From Chiloscyllium plagiosum (Eukaryota), in the NCBI RefSeq assembly GCF_004010195.1, contig NW_025214046.1:1-38533 (forward strand): a stretch of 38,533 nucleotides of DNA, given 5' to 3'. Each line of letters opens with the position of its first letter. Positions within the stretch are counted from its first letter, which is position 1. Made by a program: the position numbers and the translations under genes. The notes beneath the pieces were generated by a model. The model was not told where the DNA came from. It did not search any database and saw nothing but the letters and a program-made list of their open reading frames with translations. This document shows positions 12,598 to 24,355 of this stretch, in pieces.

Positions 12598-14424
12598 CAT
12601 TTGTCATTACCAGGTGACAAACATTTGAGACTGACCTGTGAATATGTATCAAAAGAATCATTTCAGGCATACATTGTAATAGTGAGTGCAACATGACAAA
12701 GGACAGATACTTAAATAACATAAATGTCAATACCATGTCAAGATACACATCTAAATTCAAACTAACTGAGTGGTTTTACGGACGACAACTAAAAATACAA
12801 GCCTGCCTCATTTAGAAAAAAACATACACTGATCCTGAATCAGCAATAATGAAGAAATAAGATTTTGAATTTAGCACTGTCCTCTTTCAAACCAAGCATT
12901 TTACCGTGTATTAAAGATGTTTGTTATAAAATAAGGTTTGGATAGATTGGGATATTTGAGCAATTGTCATTGAAAGCAACTACTTGTGTGCATTGAGTTA
13001 CATGCATTTTGTCATTTAATCTGTCCTTCTTTCAACTCTATCACAAACTGACCGTATGGTTCCTTTTCTTGTCGTTCATTTGCCTGCCTGTGTAACTGCC
13101 TCGGAAGCAGCTGGTGTTAAGGAAAGATCAGAGATTTTGAGAAGGCATGTGCATCAACGCAGATTCAATGCTCGTGTAAATCCATTTATGTTTACATTAT
13201 TTTATTGGAAACACCATGTCCAAATAAAAATTTGTAAAACTAAACCTGGTTTCACTGAATCTGAAAGATGATTGGATAAACAATTATCTGTTTGAAAAAG
13301 CTGATAACGTGTAACTGGGTGAACCCAGATAACAGACGAGCATGCCAATTTAACACCTGCAGTCATTTTACTGAAGACCAACCAGTGAAGCAATAAGCCT
13401 CATCCCCTAATGAGTAATGCCATCCATTTTGCAGAAACGGTCATGGAAACCAGGTTTTAATTCAAAGATAACTGCGGAATTCAATCTATTTGAGGCAAAT
13501 TTGCAGAAGATGCGATACGTGATTGTTGTCATAGAATTCTTGACAGAAAAATATACATTTCTTCTGCTCTTTTTTCATCAGGACGTTTTAAAAGGTAAAA
13601 TTTCACAACCTGGGGAATACCCGTCGGGCAGAAACTTTGAAGGAATTTCCGATAATGTTTGAACTATGAATGGACCAATTGCTGTTTGCTGAACAGCTCT
13701 GAGAATGTCGATAACTGTGGTCTACTGTTGAAGAATGAAGACTGTGCTTTAGAAGCCACTGTTCAGAATGGCAATGGAACGCCTAACAGATAGAACCCTG
13801 TCATATTTCTTACACATCTACGCAAATGATCCCAACCAGCCTCTGGCTCAACAGTTACCTCTCTCAGTACCTGACTAACTCCTAATGTCACAACAGAATG
13901 CCCGAATTTCCTCGTCATGGATATGGAGACAGTGACTTTAAAATCCCCACGATTGATGACCACGCCTTCATAACTGTAGATGTTTCAGATATGGTATTAA
14001 TGAAGCATTTGTTGCAAAAAAAAATTGACATTTTCAATCGAGACTAAATATGCACCAAATATGTGGCTTCACTGCCTGAAATCTTCTCGAATCTCGTAGA
14101 TATTTGATGGAAAATGTTAAACTTCGTCGAATTTCCTTCTCTTCATCGCTGAAGAAATAATACCACTCAAAATGTTATCTTTAATGACACCATAAACCAT
14201 AATGTGCCCTCACCCCATCCTATTGAGTCCAGTAGAAAAGTAAGAATAATTCCATATCATTACGCGAATTTAGACTGCATTACTAGCCATATTTCGATGT
14301 AATATCAATTTATCGCTTAAACACTCAAAAGTTGCCAAATTAGAAATTCAAGAAATTTGCAGATATCCTTGTGAATCAATTTGTCCAAATAAACCAACCT
14401 GAAACAGGGATCACAGAAAATTTA

Positions 14425-14717
14425 CTTCTCGGTGTTCACTTTGCACCTTCGTTGCCAATCTGCATGCGTTTCTTCCAAGTGTTCCGGTTTCCTCCCACTA
14501 TCAAAAGATATGCAGTTATGGTGAATCGGCCAAAATATATTGCTCATATATTGTTCAGGCATGTGTATATGAAGGGCATTAGTCACTGGTAAATATGGAA
14601 TAATAAGATAGGGAACTGGGTCTGAATGGGTTACACCACGGAGGTCCGGCATTGATTTGCTTGGCCAAACGGCTTGTTTCCACACCGCAGGGATTATGTG
14701 ACTTCAATGATTCTATG
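14425..14717 (+). mobile_element. HE1-type SINE, duplicate copy in the second tandem unit
   Basis: Near-identical to 12305-12597. Confidence 0.8.
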
Positions 14718-15034
14718 CATTTGTCATTACCAGGTGACAAACATTTGAGACTGACCTGTGGATATGTATCAAAAGAATCATTTCAGGCATACATAGTAAT
14801 AGTGAGTGCAACATGACAAAGGACAGATACTTAAATAACATAAATGTCAACACCATGTCAAGATACACATCTAACTTCAACCTAACTGAGTGGTTTTACG
14901 GACGACAACTAAAAATACAAGCCTGCCTCATTTAGAAAAAAAATACACTGATCCTGAATCAGCAATAATGAAGAAATAAGATTTTGGATTTAGCACTGTC
15001 CTCTTTCAAACCAAGCATTTTACCGGGTATTAAA

Positions 15035-15473
15035 GATGTTTGTTATAAAATAAGGTTTGGATAGATTGGGATATTTGCGGCTGGACCATAGCAAATTAAG
15101 AGGTTACCTTAAAGTGGTTTATAGTACCATGATGGATATAGATAGTATTAATAGCCGTTGTCTTTTCCACGATATGGGGCTTTCAAACCCCGAGAGCATA
15201 TACGTAATGTGAGACGAGAGAGGGATTGAAGAAAGAGATGCAAGACTATTTATTTTGCCCTGAGGCAGTTTCGCGCGTGGATTTCACTGGGTGAGGAAGT
15301 GGTTGATGTGGAAGAGCTGCAACTTTTACAAGAAACTTAGATAAGTACGAAATGCTAAAGTGTTTGGATGGACTGAGGGTAGAGGTCGGCCACTGGGAAT
15401 AGTGTAGTTTGGGATTACCTTCGGCCAGACTATTTTGTCTGAAGGGGCTGTTTCCATTCTGTATGACTCTGTG
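15035..15473 (+). mobile_element. CR1 3' fragment, decayed
   Basis: gatagattggga...agaggttacct... ending in gaaggggctgtttccattctgtatgactctgtga. Confidence 0.7.
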
Positions 15474-16287
15474 AAAATACATCTGCGTATGTAGTATCAT
15501 GCTGGCTTTGTTGGAAATTATTGGAGATCTTAGCTGCATGAAATTATCCTTCTATTGCATTTTCTTGACATTTCTGTGCGAAAACAGGCATTGGACATTC
15601 ACTTTCATCCATTCATTCCAGATGTCCAATTCACAGCCCCCAAAATTTGAATTGTCAGAAAGTCAACTTTCCACTATTATCTTTCTGAAATGTAACTGAG
15701 AACGTGGCTCCTGACAATGTGATGCAATTCCAAATCTGATTTAATTCTGTTTTCATATTAACATCTTAATTCTGACATAAAGTTTGGTTACCTTCCTTTG
15801 TTTTCTTTTAAATGATGAGGTTTTTTTTTTTACCAATTAACCTTGATGACATGCATTCCGAATATTTCAAAAAAAGGAGCAAGAAACGTATGCCATAATT
15901 GATAGAGTGATTCACATAGTTAGCACTGCTTTCAGGTCAGCTCTGGGGATTCAGTCCGAAACGCCAAAAAACGTTCAGCTGCAAGTGCACAATATCTGAG
16001 AGGATTTAACAGTAGCAGAGGATTGCGCAAATGTCATGGACATATTGAATGTTTAGCTCATGAAGAAGGAAATTGATTTGATTAAGCAGATTACACATAT
16101 CTCATACTCTCATGACCACCAATCCAGTCATTGGAAAGGCTGGGTGGATTCGTCCCTAACAACAAACTCTACTTTGCTCGCACTAGGTATGACATTCTCT
16201 GGAAGTTTTATTTTCACCTGATTCTCTATGACCTGCATTGCACAAGCACCTGTATTTGGTTCACTCAGTCAAATTCATCCTTGTTAT

Positions 16288-17115
16288 GTCATAGAGACTG
16301 AGAGATGTACAGCATGGCAACAGACCCTTCGGTCCAACACGTCCATGCCGACCAGATATCCTAACCCAATCTTCTCCCACCTGCCAACACCCATGCCATA
16401 TCCTTCCTAACCCTTGCTATTCATATAACATCCAGATGCCTTTTAAATGTTGCAATTGTACCAGCCTACACCACCTCCTCTGACAGCTCATTCCATACAT
16501 GTACCATCCTCTGCGTGAAAAGTTGCCCCTTAGGACTCTTTTACATCTTACCCCCTCACCTGAACCCTATGTCCACTAGTTCTGGACTCCACCAACGCAG
16601 GGAAAATACTTCGTCTATTTAGCCTCATAATTTTCTAAACTTCTATAAGGTCACCCCTCAGCCTCCGACGCTCCAGAGAAAACAACCCCAACCTGTTCAG
16701 CCTCTCCCTATAGCTCAAGTCCTCCAACCCTGGCAACATCCTGGTAAATCTTTTATGAACCCTTTCAAGTTTCACAATATCTTTCCAATAGGAAGGAGAC
16801 CAGAATTGCAATATTCGAACAGAAGCCTAACCAATATCCTGTACAGATGAAACATGACCTCCTAACTCCTGTACTCAATACTCTGACCAATAAAGGAAAG
16901 CATACCAAACGACTTCTTCACTATCCTGTCTACCTAAGACTCCACTTTCAAGGAGCTATGAACTGGCACTCCAAGGTCTCTTTGTTCAGCAGCACTCCTC
17001 AGGACCTTACCATTAAATGTTTAAGTCCTGCTCAGGTTTGTTTTCCCAAAATACAGAGCCTCATATTTCTGAATTTAACTCCAAATGCCACTTCTCAGCC
17101 CATTGGCCCTTCATG
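16288..17115 (-). mobile_element. CR1 LINE 3' end, relatively young
   Basis: gtcatagag...gatgtacagcatggcaacagacccttcggtccaac is the reverse complement of a CR1 tail, with the ORF2 C-terminus upstream. Confidence 0.88.
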
Positions 17116-17194
17116 CCAAATGAGCTATTCTCACTTCCAAAATGTGGTTCACCCAGCAATATGTTGTCAAGTTGAAATTCAGCAAAGCAAATGA

Positions 17195-17580
17195 CAAATT
17201 TCTGGACCGTAGAGTGGTTAGTAAGTTTTGCTTACGTGGAATACAGGGGGAGTTGATAGTTGGTTGCAAATTCGCTTGAAGGTCTGGTGCAGATGACTGC
17301 GGTGGAGAGTTGTTTTTCGGATTGGAGGCCTGTGACCATAACGTGCCAAAGGTATCACTACTACATCCACTGATTATTTGACATTTACATAACTGATTTG
17401 GATCTGAATATAAAAGTATGCTTAGTAGGTTTTCGATGACGCCAAAAATAGACGTTGTTTTAGACAAAGAAAACATCTATCTCAGAGAACCATGTGGCGT
17501 TTATCAGAAGGGCCAAAATGACAAAGAACACTAGATGGACTTTAATTTATGCAAATGTGACGTTGCATTTTTTAAGGTAA
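17195..17580 (+). mobile_element. CR1 RT fragment, decayed
   Basis: WRPVT-like, F-DDAKI (FADDTKI-derived) and KC-VLHF-like segments. Confidence 0.65.
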
Positions 17581-20500
17581 ATATCTTGGATATGAAAAGG
17601 AAATGAAACTGTTTGGGTTACTACTGAAAGCAATAGGGAAATAATGAATATCCTTTGCAGAAAAGGGAGAAAGAGAGAGCTTTTGATCTATAAAATTTGA
17701 AACTGAAGCGTTCAGGTCGATCAAATATGAAACGATTTAAAATTTATTGCGTGAATCAAACAAAATTCATGTGGAAGAGCAGGGAGTTGAACTTGCAAAA
17801 TTAGCATTGAATTCTCTGATGATTATGACTTAGTTCAAAAATCACAGATTGGCTTCCGACATCAATATCAATCTGCGTTTTGTAGAAATTGGTCAAAAGA
17901 GAAATCCTTGGGAGGGTAGGGAAAAAAAGATGTCTTTGAAAGTAGTAAGAGTAATTTACCACAGATAAGAAATGAAACATCTGAGGCACAAGACAAGTAA
18001 AATATTTTGGATGAATTCATTGGCACATATTAGGACACATTTAGTCGCAGTGTTGGTGTTTATATAAAGCACTGGGAAGACGGATGTGGAAAACAGTATA
18101 AGCCAGTGAGTTTGCAAAAGTCGTAAAGGAAAGTACAGTGATAGCTAGAAAGCTGAAAAAATAATATACAGACTGTTCAAGCATTAATTCAGATGGAAGT
18201 GTCATATCTCATTTCTGAAGTTACTGGCCTGGCATACGATTATTCATATGTACCAATATGAGCAGGTAATGCAAATAAGATGTTAAGAAATGCATGAGCA
18301 AGTCAATGTTTGATGGTGAGAAATTAGGACACATGTAATTCAGAGGAGGACTTGCCGGAAAAGACGGTAACATGCGGAATTCGTGGTTTGAAGAACAGTG
18401 TTCTATCATGTAAATGAGATTGTAGACACCTTTGAAAAATGTTGAATTAATGGTTCCAGAAACCGGTTTGTCCTTGGGAATGATATAACTGGATCACGAG
18501 TGGGAAAGGTGCCTTGAAACATCCGTCGAAAATCAGGCAACTGATGCATTACACAGCTATAAACTCGCCTTTTTCCTGATTGTGTTGTATAAAGGTCACA
18601 AAGCTATAGGTGGAAACAGGAGGAGAAATGAAAAGATAAAGATAAATAATTTGAGGTTTAGTTATCAGAAACGATGGTTGATCAAAGGTTTGAGAAGAAA
18701 AGTAGAACAGTTGGAAAACGAAGTCTATATTACTATTCCAGAGAAAATACCTAAATTACAAAGGAAACACATAAAACTAAAACCGTTGTATCAGAAAACA
18801 AAAATGGAAGAAGAATCCGAGTGTATTCTAGAATTTTGCGAACTTATAAATGAAGGCTTGTTCGGATAATTTGAGACCATATCCAGTTAAATGGATGTAT
18901 TGGCAGCATTCCTCAAACTTTATTACTGGTGGTTTACAAAAAAGTCGTTGCTGCGGGTCCCTGTTTCGCTCAGAAAGAAAACAGGAAAAAATCGTTTGGA
19001 AATGATAACTTCTGAATTGTATGCTACACTCACTTCCAGTAGAATGCTATAAACATTTCAGATACACATATCTCCGCAGCTATTCTGTCAAAACCAGTCA
19101 CACTTACGCTAAGAAGTGTTCAACATCTGTTTTAAAGTTGCTACTTGAGCGTAGACGTTCAATTTGAACATTGATTAAAATTGATTTAGATGCTATCTTT
19201 GATCATGAAGGAAACCATCCCAAAATTGTGCAATGTTCAACTGGGTCGTCATCCACCTGAAATAAATGGCAATTCAGAGCAACACGCCATTAAGGTTACA
19301 AAAGCAAATGAAGTTCAGGGAAGGTTGAAATGGAGCATAAAGAACGAGATAACAAATATATTGCAAAGTGTTGATTAAACTGAATATGCGACTTTGCTGG
19401 CGAAACGTGCATGTGTGAGGAAGATGGAGAGGTCTATGGGGAGAGAGACAAGGCTAAACAACAATAATCAGTCAGTTTTTAATACCTTGCTCGGCAACAA
19501 CTCTGCAGTTGTTTTCAACTTGCACAAGAACGAGGTCATAAGATTTTTTTAACACGCCAGCAACAGGGAAGAATTGGAAAGATGGTATGCATTGGAGGAC
19601 TGTTGTTTCGATGTTGAAGACATGTGCTGTTATTTTGAGAGAGTGTGAATGATGTTCTGAGCTGAGATCGTAGCAACACCTGCATCGTATGACGAGATGG
19701 CAGTCTCAGAGTCAACGGGAAAATTGACTACATGCAACATTTGGCTGTAAAATGGATGGCTGAATTGGTTGCTGTTTTGATAATAATTCGAATTTCACCA
19801 ATCAGTTTAAATTATACCGCAGGATGCAAAAACCATACCGTGTTTCGAATTATTGTTTTGCCAACATTGAAACAATGCGAGCACCTGATGTTGGGATATC
19901 AAAATGATGGCTTTTTGAAAATTGGAGACAGAGCAACTGGCATCAACATTGATCCAAAACATAAAGAAACACTTTCAATAAAAGGTGACTTATCATATGA
20001 AATGTATTCGCAGTATAAAAGAAAGAAACGACTCCGGGATTTCTGCAGCCGGAAGAAGAAAAACACCAACGACCACAACTGCTTCAGTTTCCTGCAACTT
20101 ATATTATAACAGAATTCAAGATGTGGTGAGCTTTTCTGGCTTTTTGCGTGAGTTACCAGAGTGGTCCACAACCGTGTCAAAACAGTGCAGATCAGCAAGA
20201 CTAGGACTATGCTGTGAGAGCACTCAGAATAGTAAAACATATAATTGTTCTTTCTATAGACAGAATCATTTTCAGCAGAAAGCAGGTGGAGGAAGGGACA
20301 GAAAAGAAATCTCTGCGGGTGGAATGCACGATCTATGCGATGGAGATCTTAAGAAATCCAGGAGTCCAACATTGTTGATTAGAGAACTTTAACATAAATC
20401 TGGAAATGGTGAACAATGAACATGTATAGCGCAGCATCAGTAGCAAGTATATAACATTTATGGAATGATTACAGGCGAACAGATGTATTCACAACAATGC

Positions 20501-20800
20501 TCAACTGAAGGAAGTTATGTCACCTACAGTTTGAAGTTTCAAACAAACTGTCTCAAAGCGCAAATCTATCGTAAAATTTATAAAGAATTTGTGGGGCTAT
20601 GTGGAGTGTGCCTGTTTCTACAACATGCTATGTGATAATCACTTTTCAGGATAAAAATTTGCAAAAAGGAGCGTTACGTTTTCCACCATTGGAAGAATTT
20701 CCGTATGACAGAGTAAGAGTATAATAACACACGAATAGAAGCGAGTTTTTATAACCTCTATCCATCAATAATCTTGGGAAAATCTAATTTAACAACATAA
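17580..20800 (+). mobile_element. Heavily decayed endogenous retrovirus-like fossil: RT connection/tether, RNase H, integrase, env-like
   Basis: Collinear motifs across frames: EKERAFDL (17667), AVL...EDGCGKQYKPVS (18047-18111), WITSGKGALKHPSKIRQLM (18490), YKGHKAIGGN (18588), YYWWF (18921), HPPEINGNSE (19250), then an ORF with a hydrophobic N-terminus, NxT sites and RKKR (19732-20109). Ends are approximate. Confidence 0.5.
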
Positions 20801-20819
20801 TAGTAATTGTTAGAGCACC

Positions 20820-20985
20820 TCAACAGGTTTGGTGCAATCTGTCGGAAGCAAGTAGCGTTCGTGTTTCGAGTCGTTCACTAGGACTGTTCTGGTGAAGGGA
20901 ACTTTCTTCCCACAGTTGCTGCCAGACCTGAGTTTTTCCAGCAACTTCTATTTGTGTTCCAGCATCTACAGGTCTTTGTTTTCTT
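20820..20985. mobile_element. Degenerate short palindromic Penelope-derived repeat
   Basis: cacagttgctgccagacctgagtttttccagcaacttctatttgtgttccagcatctacagg resembles a common shark repeat terminus. A partial inverted arm lies at 20820-20872. Confidence 0.55.
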
Positions 20986-21076
20986 CTAGAATCTAACTGA
21001 ACTGACCATTAGAGGAGAATGTATGAGGTGTGTGGTGCGCCATCAACTTGGAGATCTGCAAAGAATTATCACAAAA

Positions 21077-21082
21077 TTTATT
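21077..21082 (-). terminator. Candidate polyadenylation signal of the GPCR gene
   Basis: AATAAA on the minus strand about 120 nt downstream of the stop codon. Confidence 0.4.
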
Positions 21083-21202
21083 GGAAAATTCTATTCTGAT
21101 TACACTCATACGGACTATGCACAATTGTAATCAATGTGCAGCGGGCAGACAGAATAAAACATAAAATAAAACAGAGTTTTACATCACGAATACAGATGTA
21201 TT

Positions 21203-22106
21203 TCATTTCGGCAATTGGAAAATGATAGTAAATAGATATTTCACGCCATTCTTTATCTCCTCTCTGAACTTGCTCTGAGTTAGTGTGTAAATGCACGTGT
21301 TGGTGTATGAGCTCAAGAGCCGGTGCATGAATCCAATCTCCTGGGCAACATACACGGGATCACTAAGATTTTTGTTTGTATAATTAAAGTTTCGAACTGA
21401 CCAGTTTAACGAATGTACAACATATGTTATACACAACAGCATGAAATTGGAGGACAAAACGAAGAGTAAAAGTATGGATTTCCTTCGATTCTTCATTTCA
21501 GGGTCAAAGTCGTTTTGCTTTTTCTCATGACCACGGAGGCCCTTCCAGAGTCGATTGGCCTTTATAATGTTTCTGACAGTCAGAGCGATAACGACCAAAA
21601 TGCACAGGATTGGAATAAGAGGCGTTAGGAGACTGTCAATCCATTCATACACTGTCCAAAACATTGAAGTGAAATAGTCAGGTGTCTGCTTGCAAAACAT
21701 GGCACATTGCCAATGATTATTAAAGGAACAAAAACAAAGTACCACGTAATGGACCTGAAACAACTAACAATGCTCACAGTTGCAATCACCACGTTTGCTA
21801 TTTTCTTGGTGCAGTATTTTGGTTTCAGCTTGTGGCAACAGATGGCCAAAAACCGATCAAAAGTAAAAGCAATTGTGAACCACACAGAACAATCGAGGGC
21901 CGCAAGAGACAAGACGACTCTTAGCGAGCACACAGGAGTAATGAACAGGAAAGTTATTGGGAAGTGAATGTTGTTGATTCGGTTCAATAAAACATTAAAA
22001 ATGACGAGCAGTAGATCCGCTGTTGACATTGCCACTAGGTACTGAGTGATACATATAGAGAGTCCACAGTTCCCATGTTTCAAAATGACAATTGCCATTA
22101 AGTTAA
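21203..22106 (-). pseudogene. GPR139/GPR142-like class A GPCR, coding exon 2 (TM1-TM7) with a 1-nt deletion near 21695-21699
   Basis: Acceptor TCCATTTTCTGCAG ends at 22107. The ORFs give VNLMAIVIL, YLVAMSTADLL (TM2), DCSVWFTIAFTFDRFLAICC (TM3/DRF), then after the frame switch FCKQTPDYF, LTPLIP (TM5), NRRKSILLLF (TM6), TNTCIYTLTQSKFREE (TM7/helix 8) and TGA. Spliced length is 974 nt; adding one base gives 324 aa. Confidence 0.88.
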
Positions 22107-22663
22107 CTGCAGAAAATGGAATTAAGGATCAGCGGATTAGTGGCAGAACGTATTGTCCCAATGGTCGTCCCATCACAAAAATAGTTTTTTTTAATTTATT
22201 TTGAAGTGCACAACAATGTAGAAGTTGTCAGTTACTTAATGCCTGCATCCAGAATAACACAATTTTTCATATAATATTTACAGACAATAGATTCAAGGTG
22301 TCAGAATCTAGATGAGCTAAAACAGACGGAAATAAACCGAACAATTCGAGTGAAAAGAACGCATATGCAAGGCATTGGAACATTTCAAAAGTTAGATGTA
22401 ATCACATCATTATTCACTGAACCAGGTGTCCTATTTTTATTCTTAAGCGAAGGTATTTAATCAAACAAAGGTGTCAATGTGTGCAGTGTGCACAGACTCT
22501 ACCATGGTAATTGAAAGCTGGACATCACAAGAACACTGACTGGAAAGTTCTGAAGCATTGGATCGGGTGCTGTCAAGGCTGTCAGACACCTTCCCTAACT
22601 AGATACCAAAAGAGCAATGGTGCAATATCTGCTAATGCATAGGAAGAATCAGCTTTAGGTTTT

Positions 22664-22728
22664 GATTAGATTAGATTAGATTAGATTAGATTAGATTAGA
22701 TTAGATTAGATTAGAATAGATTAGATTA
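22664..22728. repeat. (GATTA)n / (TCTAA)n microsatellite, about 13 units
   Basis: Read directly from the sequence. Confidence 0.98.
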
Positions 22729-23329
22729 TCCAAGTGCCCTTGCAACCTGCAATATTCTGGCACACTATCCATCACTCCATCGACTTTAGTGTCATCTGAT
22801 AACTTACGAACCCACCCACATGTGTCCAAGTTATTTACACAAATGACAAACAGCAGTGGTACGAAAACAAATATTTGTGGCCCACAACTAGTAACCGTAC
22901 TCCAGGCTGAACATTTTCCAGCAACCACCATTCGTTCCCCTCTTACAGAAAGCCAGTTTTTAATACAAACTGCTAACTCACGCTCAATCTATATACTCTG
23001 CATTTTCTCAAAACGCCTACCATGTGGAACTTTATCAAAGTCTTTACTTAAGTCCATATACATCACGTCAACTGCCCTACCCTCATCCAATCAAATTGTT
23101 GCTTGCAAGATGATTAAAAATCCTATCTCTTATAATTATTTTTAAACTTTTCCTACAGCAGATGTAAGGTTTACTGATAATAATTACCTGGGTTATCTCG
23201 ATTATCGTTGTTGAACAAGGGGACGATATTTGCAAACCTTCAGTCCTCTGGTACGAAACCTGCAGACAATGTCGATGCAAAGATCAAGGCCAAAGTTACC
23301 GCCATCTTCTCCCTAGTTTCCTCGAGAAT

Positions 23330-24355
23330 GTTGTTGTGGTTCTGTTCGCTGAGCTGGGAATTTGTGTTGCAGACGTTTCGTCCCCTGTCTAGGTGACATC
23401 CTCGGTGCTTGGGAGCCTCCCTTGAAGCGCTACTGTGATGTTTCCTCTGGCATTGACAGTGATTTGTATCTGCCGCTTCCGGTCGTCAGTTCCAGCTGTG
23501 CGCCGCAGTGGCCACTATATTGGGTCCAGGTCGATGTGCTTATTGATTGAATCTGTGGATGAGTGCCATGCCTCTAGGAATTCCCTGGCTGTTCTCTGTT
23601 TGGCTTGTCCTATAATAGTAGTGTTGTCCCAGTCGAACCCATGCTGCTTGTCATCTCAGTGTGTGACTACTAAGGAAACCTGGTCATGTCGTTTCGTGGC
23701 TAGTTGGTGTTCATGGATGCGGATCATTAGCTGTCTTCCTGTTTGTTCTTTGTAGTGTTTTGTGCAGTCTTTGCATAGGATTTTGTACACTACATTGGTT
23801 TTGCTCATGCTGGGTATCAGGTCCTTTGTCCAGGTGAGTTGTTGTTCTTAGAGTGGCTGTTGGTTTGTGTGCTGTTATGAGTCCAAGTAGTCGCAGTAGT
23901 CTGGCTGTCAGTTCGGAAATAGTCTTGATATATGGTAGTGTGGCTAGTCCTTTGGGTTGCGGCATGTCCTCGTTCCGTTGTCTTTCCCTTAGGCATCTGT
24001 TGATGAAATTGCGCGGGTATCCGTTTTTGGCGAATACATTGTATAAGTGTCTTCTACCTATTTTTACAGTTCTGGTGTACTGCAGTGTGTTGTGGCCCTT
24101 TTGAACAGAGTCTTGATGCAAGTTCTTTTGTGTGTGTTGGGGTGGTTGCTTTCGTAGTTTAGGACTTGGTCTGTGTGTGTGGCTTTCCTGTATACCTTTG
24201 TGGTGAATTCTCCGTTCGGTGTTCTCTATATCATCATGTCTAGAAATGGGAGTTGGTTGTCCTTTTCTTTCTCTCTTGTGAATTGGACTCCTGTGAGTTT
24301 GGCGTTGATGATCCGGTGTGTGTTCTCTATTTCTGTGTTTTTAATGATTACACAG
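23330..24355 (-). mobile_element. Penelope-like element, 5'-truncated (RT thumb, GIY-YIG, 3' pLTR), nested in CR1 with a 14-bp TSD
   Basis: NGYPRNFINRC...ATLPYIKTISELTARLLR...AHKP. TSD gtttcctcgagaat (23316-23329) and gtttcctagagaat (24356-24369). Confidence 0.93.
23369..23408 (-). ncRNA. Minimal type I hammerhead ribozyme in the Penelope pLTR (U4>C variant)
   Basis: Minus strand reads GCA CCGAGGA U GUCACCU AGAC AGGGGAC GAAA CGUC UGC: stem I GCA/UGC, core C(C)GAGGA, stem II hairpin, GAAA, palindromic ACGU stem III and a GUC cleavage triplet. Confidence 0.75.

Larger units (their letters stand above)
10836..15077. repeat. Tandem segmental duplication, about 2.12-kb units (10836-12958, 12959-15077), roughly 97% identical
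   Basis: Both units start agcaattgtca and end gatagattgggatatttg. The ORF track is duplicated with offsets of 2120-2123. Confidence 0.97.

Noticed and set aside
17579..17593. KYLGY RT motif at the start of the ERV-like fossil
   Set aside because: Overlaps the end of a CR1 fragment, so it was not counted as independent evidence.
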